Shown: positions 27,735-38,198 of the stretch, one piece after another
How the letters are laid out: the number at the start of each line of letters is the position of its first letter
How positions within the stretch are numbered: the stretch's first letter is position 1
NCBI GenBank assembly: GCA_036396095.1
Contig: DASWLM010000013.1
Location: 6,817 to 70,816 of the forward strand
Direction: 5' to 3'
Source of the DNA: Dehalococcoidales bacterium
GTDB taxonomy: Bacteria; Chloroflexota; Dehalococcoidia; Dehalococcoidales; Fen-1064
Length of the DNA stretch: 64,000 nucleotides
Translations under genes and position numbers: made by a program
The notes under the pieces: generated by a model
Database searches by the model: none
The model's input: only the letters and a program-made list of their open reading frames with translations
What the model was told of the DNA's origin: nothing

Positions 27735-28484
27735 ATGCTTAAACAAAAGCCCTGGCATGAAAATGATGATTTCTGGGAGCTCTGGGGTCCCGTGATGTTC
27801 AATGAAAGAAGAGTGGCTGATGCACCCACAGAGGCAGACAATCTAATTTCACTCCTGAAAATAAAACCCGGGAATAGGGTGCTTGACCTGTGCTGTGGTA
27901 TAGGCAGACATTCATTGGAACTGGCGCGGCGTGGTTTCAAAGTAACAGGAGTGGATAGGACTGCTGACTATCTTTCCGCCGCCTCCAAACAGGCAAAGAA
28001 GGCTGGATTGGATATCGAATTTGTAAATGAAGACATGCGGTCTTTCCGTTGTCCCAGTACTTTTAATACCGCTATTTGTATGTTCACCTCCTTTGGTTTC
28101 TTTGAAGACCCGGAGGATGACCGGAAAGTTGTGCTTAATATGTATCAGTCTCTCAAGAAGGGCGGGTGTTTTCTGATTGATGTCAATGGTAAAGAGAGAC
28201 TCGCCGCTATCTTTCGGGAACGAGACTGGCGAAGAGAGGATGATGCCATTATTCTTGAGGAACGTAAAGTCACACAAGACTGGTCGTGGATGGAAGCACA
28301 CTGGACTCTCATTAAAGACGGGAAAATCCGTGAGAACACATTAACTCATCGTATTTACTCTGCGGCTGAGTTGAAGGCACTTCTTACCAGTTGTGGTTTT
28401 TCCGAAGTAAAAGTCTATGGTGACTTTGCGGGTAGTCCATACGACCAGAATGCAAAACGGCTGGTGGTGGTGGCGAAGAAGTGA
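27735..28484 (+). CDS. class I SAM-dependent methyltransferase
   Basis: Motif I VLDLCCGIGRHSLELARRGFKVTGVD. Confidence 0.75.
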   Translation: MLKQKPWHENDDFWELWGPVMFNERRVADAPTEADNLISLLKIKPGNRVLDLCCGIGRHSLELARRGFKVTGVDRTADYLSAASKQAKKAGLDIEFVNEDMRSFRCPSTFNTAICMFTSFGFFEDPEDDRKVVLNMYQSLKKGGCFLIDVNGKERLAAIFRERDWRREDDAIILEERKVTQDWSWMEAHWTLIKDGKIRENTLTHRIYSAAELKALLTSCGFSEVKVYGDFAGSPYDQNAKRLVVVAKK

Positions 28485-28526
28485 TATCTCCCACACTACA
28501 GTGCAGACTTTTTCTGCTTGAATGTC

Positions 28527-28578
28527 AGAGATTCTTCGCGGAGTTTATACTGAGTGATAATGAAGTGCTCAGAATGAC
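28527..28578 (-). repeat. dispersed palindromic repeat, GTCATTCTGAG...CGAAGAATCTCT family (inverted orientation)
   Basis: AGAGATTCTTCGCG-N25-GCTCAGAATGAC, read directly. The termini are the same as the copies at 58327 and 58767. Confidence 0.55.
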
Positions 28579-28709
28579 ATGCCGCACGCTAGGTAGTAAT
28601 CGCATACGCCGAATTACCGACTTGACGCTCAAATTCATCAAGTGATAAAGTAAACAGGGGTTTTTTAACTTACTAAGCAAATTGTGTTCTAAGGAGGAAA
28701 TGGCACACA

Positions 28710-29513
28710 ATGAATATGATTGTCTGCGCAAAACAAGTGCCTGACCCGGAAGCACCGCCAGCCAGTTTCAAGATTGACCCGGCTACCAATAAAGCGGTGC
28801 CCCCGCCAGGCGTACCACCCGTCGTTAGCCCGTTTGATGAGCAAGCGGTAGAAGCTGCTCTCAGAATCAAAGACGCCACCAGGGGTGATAAGATTTCCGT
28901 CATCAGTCTGGGCGTCAACCTGTTGAGAGATGTCGTCAAGAAGCCGCTCTCTATGGGTGCTGACGAACTGATTCTCTTGGAAGACCCGGCGTTTGCGGAA
29001 GGTGATAGCTGGTCAACTGCCTACGCTCTGGCAATGGCTATCAAGAAAATCGGCCCATTCGATATTGTCTTCTGTGGACGGCAGGCGGCGGATACGGATG
29101 CCGGTCAGGTCGGCTCTGCGATTGCTGAAATCCTGGGAATTCCCAGCGTTACCATTGCCAAAAAGGTAGAAGTCACCGATGGTAAGGCAAAGGTAGAAAG
29201 AGTCACCGCCGATGGTTATGAGGTGGTCGAAGTATCCCTGCCGGCTCTTATTACTATAAGCAACGAGCTTGGGGAACCACGCTACGCTACCATCAAGGGT
29301 ATTATGGCGGCGAAGCGTAAGGAACCGATTATCTGGAAACCGGCAGATATCAGTGTGGATGCTGGTCAGATTGGCGCCGCCGGGAGCTGCAGTAAAATGC
29401 TCAGGCTCTTCCAACCTGTAAAGGAAGGTAAATGTGAGATCATAACCGGTGACAATGAGGAAGAAGCCGCCGGCAACCTCGCGAAAAAGCTCATGGAGGC
29501 GAAGCTGTTCTAG
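28710..29513 (+). CDS. etfB: electron transfer flavoprotein beta subunit
   Basis: MNMIVCAKQVPD N-terminus and full-length EtfB pattern. SD AGGAGG at 28692-28697. Confidence 0.9.
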   Translation: MNMIVCAKQVPDPEAPPASFKIDPATNKAVPPPGVPPVVSPFDEQAVEAALRIKDATRGDKISVISLGVNLLRDVVKKPLSMGADELILLEDPAFAEGDSWSTAYALAMAIKKIGPFDIVFCGRQAADTDAGQVGSAIAEILGIPSVTIAKKVEVTDGKAKVERVTADGYEVVEVSLPALITISNELGEPRYATIKGIMAAKRKEPIIWKPADISVDAGQIGAAGSCSKMLRLFQPVKEGKCEIITGDNEEEAAGNLAKKLMEAKLF

Positions 29514-29550
29514 GGAGTCTTCAGGACTTTTCTAACAGTGAAGGAGAGAA

Positions 29551-30549
29551 ATGGCTGATAATAAAGGTGTGTTGGTTATTGCAGAGTTCGTAAATGGTGC
29601 TTTAGCACCCATTGCGAAAGAAATGCTCGGGGCCGCTCGCAAGCTGGTAGGCGGTCTGGGTGAAGAGGTAAGCGCTGTGCTCATCGGTAGTGGGATTGCA
29701 GGCGTTGCGGCGGAAGCAATCAGCTTCGGTGCTGATAAAGTCTACGTTGTCGATGACCCGTTGTTGAAAGATTACCGCACGGATTCTTATGTGGCTGTGG
29801 CTGAAAAGGTGGTCAAGCAGGTTAATCCGCGTATTGTCCTTGCCGGGCAAACCACCATCGGGCGCGATTTAGCACCGCGGCTTGCCTTTAGATTGAATAC
29901 CACAGTCACTCTGGATTGCATTGACCTGGAGATTGACGCAAGCACGAAACTACTATTGAAGACCAAACCTGTCTATGGCGGTAATGCCCGTGCTATCTTC
30001 AGCAGTGAACGGCTACCACAGATGGCGACAGTGCGTGCCAAGACAATGACAGCTCTGGCTCCAGATAGCGGGCGTAAGGGAGAAACGATTACTGTTGCTG
30101 CTGGTCTTGATGCCGCTGGTATTAGGACAAACGTACTCCAGAAAGTTGTTGCTGAAGTTGTCGGTATCAAGCTAGAAGACGCTCCGGTGATTGTTACCGG
30201 TGGCAGAGGCATAGGCGGACCTGAAGGTTTCAAACAGCTTGAAGAACTTGCCAAGATACTCAAGGGTGCCGTTGGTGCCACGCGACCGCCGTGTGATAGT
30301 GGTTGGGTACCTGAAACCATGCAGATTGGTCTAACTGGTAAGATTGTCTCCCCGGATACTTATATTGCGGTAGCATTATCCGGTTCCAGCCAGCATATGG
30401 CAGGATGTTCCGGTTCTAAGAACATCATCGCCATTAACCGTGATGCGGAAGCGAACATCTTTAAGGAAGCCCGCTTTGGTGTTGTTGGCGACTGGAAGAA
30501 AATAGTCCCTGCATTCCAGACAAAGATTAAGGAATTGCTGGGCAGATAA
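29551..30549 (+). CDS. etfA: electron transfer flavoprotein alpha subunit
   Basis: The C-terminal FAD-binding region (GGRGIGG ... VGATRPPCDSGW ... QIGLTGK ... YIAVALSGSSQHMAG) is typical of EtfA. Confidence 0.9.
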   Translation: MADNKGVLVIAEFVNGALAPIAKEMLGAARKLVGGLGEEVSAVLIGSGIAGVAAEAISFGADKVYVVDDPLLKDYRTDSYVAVAEKVVKQVNPRIVLAGQTTIGRDLAPRLAFRLNTTVTLDCIDLEIDASTKLLLKTKPVYGGNARAIFSSERLPQMATVRAKTMTALAPDSGRKGETITVAAGLDAAGIRTNVLQKVVAEVVGIKLEDAPVIVTGGRGIGGPEGFKQLEELAKILKGAVGATRPPCDSGWVPETMQIGLTGKIVSPDTYIAVALSGSSQHMAGCSGSKNIIAINRDAEANIFKEARFGVVGDWKKIVPAFQTKIKELLGR

Positions 30550-30576
30550 TAGCTGGTGGTTTTTTGCTAAACAGAT

Positions 30577-30608
30577 GGGGCTACTCGTGAGGGTAGCCCT
30601 TTTCTTTG
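30577..30608 (+). terminator. rho-independent terminator after etfA
   Basis: GGGCTAC-N8-GTAGCCC followed by TTTTCTTTG. Confidence 0.7.
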
Positions 30609-30727
30609 TGAAACTAGGTATTTGAAATGAGAAATTGTACGACTCCGTGCAGTTCCAATTTGTCTCTCATGCGGAATCCTGTAAGATATTTGGAATCGGG
30701 ATATTAGGTATAAAATCGGAATTTAAA

Positions 30728-30771
30728 GATTAGTGTTTAGATATTAGAGCTTGTAGGGTAGTTAGGGCTAG
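30728..30771. repeat. TTAG-type heptad array downstream of nuoN
   Basis: GATTAGTGTTTAGATATTAGAGCTTGTAGGGTAGTTAGGGCTAG. Confidence 0.4.
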
Positions 30772-30778
30772 ATGGTGA

Positions 30779-32239
30779 CTAGAATCCCATCATTTGCGCT
30801 GCCCATTCGGCAAGCTTCATTACATAGTTAGGGATAACGCCGAGCAGTAAAACACCGAAGCAGGCGAGAAAAAGAGCCAGTCGTAGCGCGCCGGAAGAGG
30901 ATACACTTCCCTCAAACTTAGGCTCATCTAACCACATTACCTTTACTACTCTGAGATAGTAGTAGGCTGATATGACACTGTTCAACACGGCAATAATAAC
31001 CAACCATAACAGATTTTGCTGTACCGCGGCGCTAAAAATGTAGAACTTGCCCATAAAACCGGCGGTCAGTGGAATTCCGGTTAGAGAAATAAGACACAGG
31101 GTTAAGGCTAAAGCCAGTAACGGCGACCTCTTCCCGACTCCGGCATAATCTTCAATCAGGTCGCTACCTACCTTGTTTGAGATAGCAATAATAGCAATAA
31201 ACGCCCCCATATTTGTCACAGCATAGCCCGCCAGGAAAAAGATAACACTGCTTTGTCCTAAAAAGTCATGGCTTTTAGAAAGACCCATTGTGGCAATACC
31301 CAGCATGAGGTAACCTGCCTGGGCTATGCTAGAATAACCCAGCATGCGCTTGATATTGACTTGAGGGATAGCCACGATATTACCTACCGTCATACCTATT
31401 GCTGCAAGAACGGCAAATATAATTCCCCAGTCCTGACTTAACCATGTAGGAAGGTCAAATGCGGTGTAGAATATACGGAGAATAATGGCAAAGCCGGCAG
31501 CTTTACTTGCTACGGAAAGGTAGGCAGTGATGGGTGTCGGCGCTCCTTCATATACGTCAGGGACCCACATCTGGAATGGGAAAGCGGCAATCTTGAAACC
31601 AAACCCCACTATTAACAGTATTAAACCCAGCAGGAGCCCAAAGCTGGCAGAACCTCCAGCAAGAGAGAGAGTCCCGATAGCTTGAGCGATATCTCCCAGT
31701 TGTGTCTTTCCTGTGAACCCGAAGACAAATGCCATACCATAGAGCAATATCGCTGAAGCGATTGCTCCAAGCAACATATATTTCAGGGAAGCTTCCGTAG
31801 ATTTGGAGTCTTTAAGAAAACCAACCAGGGCATAAAGAGAGATACTGATTAATTCCAGTGCTACAAAAATTGTGATTAGCTCCGTTGCCGCTGTAAGTAA
31901 CGTCATACCAAGTGTGGATAAAAGCACCAGTGCATAGTACTCGCCTTGAAAACGAGTGAACTTAGATACATAATCGGTTGAAGCTAAAATCACCAGCGCA
32001 GAAATAACCAGGAACAAGAACTTAAAGAACAAGGCAAATTTATCCACCGTCAGCATGTCGTTAAATGTGGTTTGAGGATTGCCACACCATAAACCTACAG
32101 CGCAGCCGAAGGATATTGCCAGTCCTGCCAGACTAATTACCGCCAGTAAGCTTTTTCGCTGGAGAAACAGGTCAAGTAAAATCACCACAATTGCGCTGAC
32201 AAGCAGGACTATTTCTGGCGTTATTAACACAAGGTCCAA
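30779..32239 (-). CDS. nuoN: NADH-quinone oxidoreductase subunit N
   Basis: A 486-aa polytopic antiporter-like subunit, last gene of the nuo operon. Confidence 0.9.
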   Translation of the reverse strand: MDLVLITPEIVLLVSAIVVILLDLFLQRKSLLAVISLAGLAISFGCAVGLWCGNPQTTFNDMLTVDKFALFFKFLFLVISALVILASTDYVSKFTRFQGEYYALVLLSTLGMTLLTAATELITIFVALELISISLYALVGFLKDSKSTEASLKYMLLGAIASAILLYGMAFVFGFTGKTQLGDIAQAIGTLSLAGGSASFGLLLGLILLIVGFGFKIAAFPFQMWVPDVYEGAPTPITAYLSVASKAAGFAIILRIFYTAFDLPTWLSQDWGIIFAVLAAIGMTVGNIVAIPQVNIKRMLGYSSIAQAGYLMLGIATMGLSKSHDFLGQSSVIFFLAGYAVTNMGAFIAIIAISNKVGSDLIEDYAGVGKRSPLLALALTLCLISLTGIPLTAGFMGKFYIFSAAVQQNLLWLVIIAVLNSVISAYYYLRVVKVMWLDEPKFEGSVSSSGALRLALFLACFGVLLLGVIPNYVMKLAEWAAQMMGF

Positions 32240-32279
32240 AAGTTCACTCCTTATGCCGTTTTACCCAAACTCTACTTTA

Positions 32280-33785
32280 CTACCCACCGAGCAAATTTAT
32301 TATGGGTGTGATTCCTGTTTTAATCACATTGGTCAGTATTGACGGATAAACACCAACCAAGAAAATCATGATGATGAAAATAGCCGAATATACTCTTTCC
32401 AATTTATCAGCATCATGGACACCATTAAACTTATCCTGCGGTGCATTGTAAAAAACCCGCTGTAAAAGCCATAAAATGTATCCTGCCCCCAGTAAAATGC
32501 CGAGTATAGATATTACTGTGAATACCTTAGCAATTGGGAAGGCGCCAACCAGAATATCACTTTGAAAACTACCTAAAAAGGTCATAAATTCGGCAATAAA
32601 ACCACTCGTAGAAGGCACTCCCATTGCCCCCAGGCCGGCAATTGTAAAGATTACGGTAATAATTGGAATCTGCCTGGCTAAACCACCCATTTTATTGATA
32701 TCACGCTCGTGGGTATTATGCATAACTATGCCGGCGGTAGCAAAGAGAAGTCCTGTGATAAGACCGTGACTGAACATCTGTAATGTGGCGCCGGTCAAAC
32801 TGACGGTAGTCAAACTAAAAATACCCAGTAATACAAAGCCCATATGACTGACACTACTGTACGCAATTAGCCTCTTAATATCGGTTTGTTTCAATGTAAC
32901 TGCCGCGCCGTATATTATATTGACCATCGCCAAACTTATTAAAATCGGGGCAAATTGTCTGGCTGCATCGGGAAATATGGAGACACAAACACGTATCATT
33001 CCGTAGCCACCCATTTTTAGCAGGGTCCCTGCCAGCACTACACTCACCGCTGTCGGCGCATCGGTATGGGCATCAGGTAACCACGTGTGGAATGGGAAGA
33101 CGGGTAATTTGACAGCAAAACCACCAAGCAATAAAAAGAACATTAGGGCTTGCGGAACAACCGGGATATAGGAAGCAATCCCTCGTGCGGTTATATCGAC
33201 CATACTGAGACTATGGGTAGTAAAATAAACACTCAGGATGCCTGCCAACATCATAGCGCTACCAAACAAGGTGTAAAGAACATACTTGAAGGCTGAATAT
33301 TCTTTCCTGCCGGCTCCCCAGATAGAGATTAAGAAGAACATGGGAATAACTTCGATTTCCCACATGATGAAGAAGAGCAGGAAGTCCAGCGAAGCGAATA
33401 CACCGAGAATACTCATTTCCAGTAGTAGGAGCCATGCAAAATATTCCCTCGGGCGGAGGTCAATTTTCCAGGAGATTAAAACGACGAGGAAACCAAGCAA
33501 CGTCATTAAGAAAAAGAGCGGGAGACTCACACCGTCTAGACCTACATGGTAATAAGCATTAATTAAAGGAATCCAGGATGCCTTTTCTTCGAACTGTATT
33601 ACACCAGCCATTGTTGGTGACCTATCGAAACTAAAGAATACACAGATAGCTAAAATTAGAGGGATCAAAGTAAATATTGCTGCGATATATTTAATCAGCT
33701 TTGCTCGTGAATTAGATGTACAAGCTATTAAAATTGCTCCCAGAGCAGGGAGGAAAATTATCAATGATAGAATATTAAAATTCAA
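32280..33785 (-). CDS. nuoM: NADH-quinone oxidoreductase subunit M
   Basis: A 501-aa antiporter-like subunit (FPFHTWLPDAH motif). Confidence 0.9.
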   Translation of the reverse strand: MNFNILSLIIFLPALGAILIACTSNSRAKLIKYIAAIFTLIPLILAICVFFSFDRSPTMAGVIQFEEKASWIPLINAYYHVGLDGVSLPLFFLMTLLGFLVVLISWKIDLRPREYFAWLLLLEMSILGVFASLDFLLFFIMWEIEVIPMFFLISIWGAGRKEYSAFKYVLYTLFGSAMMLAGILSVYFTTHSLSMVDITARGIASYIPVVPQALMFFLLLGGFAVKLPVFPFHTWLPDAHTDAPTAVSVVLAGTLLKMGGYGMIRVCVSIFPDAARQFAPILISLAMVNIIYGAAVTLKQTDIKRLIAYSSVSHMGFVLLGIFSLTTVSLTGATLQMFSHGLITGLLFATAGIVMHNTHERDINKMGGLARQIPIITVIFTIAGLGAMGVPSTSGFIAEFMTFLGSFQSDILVGAFPIAKVFTVISILGILLGAGYILWLLQRVFYNAPQDKFNGVHDADKLERVYSAIFIIMIFLVGVYPSILTNVIKTGITPIINLLGG

Positions 33786-33813
33786 TCTTCTACCCCCTAC
33801 GAGTATTTACCTG

Positions 33814-35787
33814 TTAACCAAATAAAAACAAACAGACAATTAGTGCGACAATGCCCAACCCGATGATTAAGCCATAGAGCTGTAACTGTCCAGTTTGTAC
33901 CTTCCTCATCGTTTTACCAGCGATCAATGTAGTGTCAGCTACACCGTTTACTGCACCATCTACACCCTTTTGATCGAATGATTTAAACCACCCGAATAAG
34001 TTACGTACAATAAACCCCTGTACGAAATTAGTATTGATACCTCCATCGATGACTTTGCTATCGAAGAGTTGAAATACTCGGAAGATACCGCCCATCAAAA
34101 CTTTCTTTACAATGATTCCTTCATACAACTCGTCAACCCAGTATTTGTTATAAAACAACTTATACAATGCTGAGAATCTTTTCCCGATTGCTTCTGCTGA
34201 TAACCACTTTTTACTATAGACTGCATATGCCGTAAAGATTCCCAGCCCTGCCAGTATCAGAGATAGCCACGGTAATGGATGAGCGAAGATGCCAAAAAGC
34301 CCTTCAACAACACTGTACGTTTCACCATGACCGAAAAATGCACTGAACCCACCGGTGACATTAAGCAGGCCGGAACCGCATGCCAGAATAGCCAGGATTA
34401 TTAGAGGTATTGTCATCACTGAGGATGATTCATGAAGGTGTTCCTTGCCTCTATATTCCCCACCAAAGGTCAGGAAGATAACGCGGAACATGTAAAAAGC
34501 GGTCATAAATACGGTTATCATCGCTAGGGCAAATAGGACAGGTTGATTTTCCAGAGATTTGACTAGTATCTCATCCTTGCTCCAGAATCCTGATAGAGGC
34601 CAGATACCAGCGAGGCTCAATGCTCCGATCACAAAGGTAGCATATGTTCGTGGCATCACTTTGCGTAAACCACCCATTTCTCTCATGTCAAAGGTCTTGG
34701 TAGCATGGTTGACACTACCGGCGCCAAGGAATAGCAAAGCTTTGAAGAAGGCATGATTAAACAAATGAAAGATGCCGACAGCGACACCACCAGTCGCCAG
34801 ACCGAGCATCATATAACCAAGTTGGCTGATAGTAGAATAAGCCAGAACCCGCTTTATATCGTTCTGTACCAAACCTATCGAGGCGGCGAAAATAGCCGTA
34901 AACCCGCCGACAGTAGCTACTGTCTGCAAAGCAACTGCCGAGTGCTCAAAGAGGGGATAAGTGCGGGCGACCAGAAAGACACCAGCGGCGGCCATCGTAG
35001 CAGCATGGATTAAAGCGCTAACAGGAGTTGGACCTTCCATAGCATCTGGTAACCATACATGTAGTGGGAATTGAGCTGATTTACCCACTGCACCGGCAAA
35101 TATACCAATAGCTCCCCAGGTGAGGACGTTACCTGCCAGCACTCCGCTAATTGCCATTTGATGCAGTTCGGCAGTATCAAAAGTGCCGGTATTAGCGTAC
35201 AAATAGATCATTCCGGCTAAGAACCCGAAATCTCCGATACGGGTAACAATAAAAGCCTTTTTTGCGGCATTGGCGGCAGAGGGTCGGTGGAACCAGAATC
35301 CAATAAGCAGATAAGAACACAACCCTACTAATTCCCAGAATACGAACATTAATAACAAGCTATTCGCCAACACCAAGCCTAGCATGGCAGTGGTAAACAG
35401 AGACATATGAGCGTAATAACGGTGATAACCGGCATCGCCATGCATATAACCCTGTGAGTATATCTGCACCATTAAACTAACCACAGTTACGACAATAAGC
35501 ATCACTGCAGTCAGCGAATCGACTATTATCCCAAGATTGATGGTAGCTCCACCCTCGATAATCACCCATGAAATATTTGGGACCTCTAACTCATGATGTG
35601 GTTCGCCGAGCACTGTTACTAACACCCAGATTGAAAGCAGTAAAGAGGTAGCTACAGCCGCAATAGTAACATAACCTGCAATCTTCGGTTTATCCTTGAA
35701 GAAAGGTTTGAGTATCAAGGAAATTATTGCCCAAGATAGGAGCGGTATTAGAAAGATTAACCAAATATATTGATTCTGATCGAACAT
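33814..35787 (-). CDS. nuoL: NADH-quinone oxidoreductase subunit L
   Basis: A 657-aa antiporter-like subunit with a C-terminal lateral-helix extension (FPLHVWLPDAMEGPTP). Confidence 0.9.
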   Translation of the reverse strand: MFDQNQYIWLIFLIPLLSWAIISLILKPFFKDKPKIAGYVTIAAVATSLLLSIWVLVTVLGEPHHELEVPNISWVIIEGGATINLGIIVDSLTAVMLIVVTVVSLMVQIYSQGYMHGDAGYHRYYAHMSLFTTAMLGLVLANSLLLMFVFWELVGLCSYLLIGFWFHRPSAANAAKKAFIVTRIGDFGFLAGMIYLYANTGTFDTAELHQMAISGVLAGNVLTWGAIGIFAGAVGKSAQFPLHVWLPDAMEGPTPVSALIHAATMAAAGVFLVARTYPLFEHSAVALQTVATVGGFTAIFAASIGLVQNDIKRVLAYSTISQLGYMMLGLATGGVAVGIFHLFNHAFFKALLFLGAGSVNHATKTFDMREMGGLRKVMPRTYATFVIGALSLAGIWPLSGFWSKDEILVKSLENQPVLFALAMITVFMTAFYMFRVIFLTFGGEYRGKEHLHESSSVMTIPLIILAILACGSGLLNVTGGFSAFFGHGETYSVVEGLFGIFAHPLPWLSLILAGLGIFTAYAVYSKKWLSAEAIGKRFSALYKLFYNKYWVDELYEGIIVKKVLMGGIFRVFQLFDSKVIDGGINTNFVQGFIVRNLFGWFKSFDQKGVDGAVNGVADTTLIAGKTMRKVQTGQLQLYGLIIGLGIVALIVCLFLFG

Positions 35788-35791
35788 TATG

Positions 35792-36103
35792 CTACCACTT
35801 CATCAAATCGATTTTTCCAGCATCAATGGTTTCACGACTACGATAGATGGCAATAATAATTGCCAAACCCACAGCTGTTTCAGCCGCCGCCACTGCAATA
35901 GTAAATATCGCAAAGACCTGCCCGGTCAATTGTAGCGGCACGATGTATCGGGAAAAAGCAACCAGAGCAATGTTTACTGCACTCAGCATGATTTCAATGC
36001 ACATCAAAATAACTATGGCATTATGTTTGGATAAAGCGCCATACAAACCTATAGAGAATAATATGGCTGATAAAATTAGATAATGCTCTAACCCGATTGA
36101 CAT
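35792..36103 (-). CDS. nuoK: NADH-quinone oxidoreductase subunit K
   Basis: 103 aa, three TM helices, with a conserved membrane Glu (AAAETAVGLAI). Confidence 0.9.
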   Translation of the reverse strand: MSIGLEHYLILSAILFSIGLYGALSKHNAIVILMCIEIMLSAVNIALVAFSRYIVPLQLTGQVFAIFTIAVAAAETAVGLAIIIAIYRSRETIDAGKIDLMKW

Positions 36104-36595
36104 TTATTTCTTGTCCTTTACTAAAACAATCGCACTTAAAACAGTGGCGAGTAAAAGAATCGGAATAATCTGCAGAGGTAAAACAAAACCGTCTTCACCG
36201 AAAAGTTTAACCGCCAATTTGGAAGTGGTATTTGCTTCTGGTAATACATTAGATACTTGCCATTGGGTACTGAGTATCGCATAGCATACCCCGCCGAAGA
36301 ACAGCGCCACTACGAATAAAGCCGGAATACGGAATTTATTTGATGGACTTCCTAGCGGAACCTCTCTGGTTAACATGATTGCCAGAATGATTAATATTCC
36401 TATGGCGCCAACGTAAATCAGAACCTGAATTGCCGCCAGAAAATCTGCATTCAGCAAAATATATACTCCTGCTATGCCTATGAAGCTCAGAATGAGCAAC
36501 ATGGCGGCTCGAAATACATTACGTAGCAGAACCACGCCTAAAGCGGCAACTACGATGATTACAGCAAAAATCCAAAAGGCTATTACCTGTCCCAT
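36104..36595 (-). CDS. nuoJ: NADH-quinone oxidoreductase subunit J
   Basis: A 163-aa membrane protein. Assigned by position and pattern. Confidence 0.85.
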   Translation of the reverse strand: MGQVIAFWIFAVIIVVAALGVVLLRNVFRAAMLLILSFIGIAGVYILLNADFLAAIQVLIYVGAIGILIILAIMLTREVPLGSPSNKFRIPALFVVALFFGGVCYAILSTQWQVSNVLPEANTTSKLAVKLFGEDGFVLPLQIIPILLLATVLSAIVLVKDKK

Positions 36596-36598
36596 TTA

Positions 36599-37078
36599 TC
36601 ACCTGTCAATTAGTAAAGTCTGCATGGGTAACTTGGATTCATTTTCAGGACTAAAATAACCGCTGGGTATTCGTTTCTCCGAAGGCATTAAATCTTCCCC
36701 GGTTAAAATAAAGTTCTTTCGGCTATATGCAGATTTTTCATAATCACAACTCATAAATAAACATTTTACGGGGCAAGACTCCACACATAGTCCACAAGAG
36801 ATACAGATGCCGATATCCTGTTCTATCTTATCCACTTTTAATTTCTTGTTCTCATCCCTGGAGGTTACGACAATGAGACAACCCGCTGGACAAGCGCGAC
36901 TACAAGCGCTACAGGCATTACAAACATTTTTATCCCAGACAAGCTGATTCCCGCGAATCCGACGAGAAACATACAATCTCTCTTCCGGATATTGAGTGGT
37001 AATAGGTCTACGGAAAAAGTGTTTTAAGGTTAACGCCATCCCTTTGGCAATACCTTTCCCGTACCGTTCAAACTTCAA
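36599..37078 (-). CDS. nuoI: NADH-quinone oxidoreductase subunit I (2x[4Fe-4S])
   Basis: CNACSACSRACP and CISCGLCVESCP motifs. Confidence 0.9.
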   Translation of the reverse strand: MKFERYGKGIAKGMALTLKHFFRRPITTQYPEERLYVSRRIRGNQLVWDKNVCNACSACSRACPAGCLIVVTSRDENKKLKVDKIEQDIGICISCGLCVESCPVKCLFMSCDYEKSAYSRKNFILTGEDLMPSEKRIPSGYFSPENESKLPMQTLLIDR

Positions 37079-38198
37079 CTTTTTTATCTCCCGTCAGCCT
37101 GTAAAATTTAGACCAGAACAATATTAGCACTGCAGTCACTACGAAATTAATGGCGACTATCACCCACTGTGAGAGATCGGGTAAGGTAATTACCTGAAGT
37201 CCGGTAATGAGTAAGTTAATCAATGCCAAAGGCAGAAGGAACTTCCAGGCAAAACCCATCACCTGGTCAATCCGTATACGTGGCAAGGTAGAACGTACCC
37301 AGATTATTAATATAAAGACAGCAACCATTTTAATTAAAAACCAGAGTATCGGAGGCAGTAATGGGCCTCTCCAACCACCGAGGTAAATGGTGGCTATAAT
37401 CGCTGAAATTGCCAGCGCCTCTGCGTATTCTGTCAGGAAAAACAGGGCAAACTTGATACCGGAGTACTCAATATTAAAACCGGCAACAATCTCAGACTCA
37501 GCCTCCAGGAGGTCGAACGGAGTACGGTTAATCTCTGCCAGCGCCGCAATAAAATAAATGATAAAACCCAGCGGCTGTAACAGGATAAAAGGAATGTTTT
37601 GTGATTCCACAATACTATTCATAGATAGATTACCGGTAAGTAACACCACACCGATAATCGATAAAGCAAGCGGAATTTCATAACTCACTACTTGAGCAAT
37701 CACACGCATAGCGCTAATCAAAGCGTATTTATTATTAGAAGCCCAACCCGCCATCAATATACCAACGACACTTACAGAACTGATAGCCACGATATAGAGA
37801 ATACCTATGTTGAGGTCTACCAGCGCCACGCCGTTCTGGAGAGGGATAACTGCAAAAATCATTAGAGTCGGGATAAAGGCGATTGCCGGAGCTAATAGAT
37901 GCAATAATCCATCGGCGTTTTGGGGAATGATATCTTCCTTAATTAATATCTTGATGGTATCAGCTACTGGTTGGATGATACCGAAGGGTCCGGTACGATT
38001 GGGACCGATGCGTATCTGGAAACGTCCCAGTACCCGTCGCTCGATGTATATAAACGCCATAACACCCAGTATCACAAAAACGAAAAGGATGACAATAAAA
38101 ATTAACATATGGCTCCAGAATCCGCCGGGCCAATCTGGAGGCAATGCGGAAGCGTAAAGTATATTTGGGTTTGTATTAGTAATGAATGTTGACAACAC
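37068..38198 (-). CDS. nuoH: NADH-quinone oxidoreductase subunit H
   Basis: Pattern ERRVLGRFQIRIGPNR.GPFG. Likely GTG start at 38198, overlapping the nuoD TAG (TAGTG) and preceded by AGGAGAGG. The ORF track's TTG 38222 is an alternative. Confidence 0.9.
   Translation of the reverse strand: MLSTFITNTNPNILYASALPPDWPGGFWSHMLIFIVILFVFVILGVMAFIYIERRVLGRFQIRIGPNRTGPFGIIQPVADTIKILIKEDIIPQNADGLLHLLAPAIAFIPTLMIFAVIPLQNGVALVDLNIGILYIVAISSVSVVGILMAGWASNNKYALISAMRVIAQVVSYEIPLALSIIGVVLLTGNLSMNSIVESQNIPFILLQPLGFIIYFIAALAEINRTPFDLLEAESEIVAGFNIEYSGIKFALFFLTEYAEALAISAIIATIYLGGWRGPLLPPILWFLIKMVAVFILIIWVRSTLPRIRIDQVMGFAWKFLLPLALINLLITGLQVITLPDLSQWVIVAINFVVTAVLILFWSKFYRLTGDKKVEV

Noticed and set aside
28485-28709. 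Small minus-strand ORFs (76-88 aa) between the methyltransferase and etfB.
   Set aside because: They are composed of a dispersed repeat copy and the antisense of the etfB 5' end. There is no coding support. The region is better explained as repeat plus the etfB promoter and SD.
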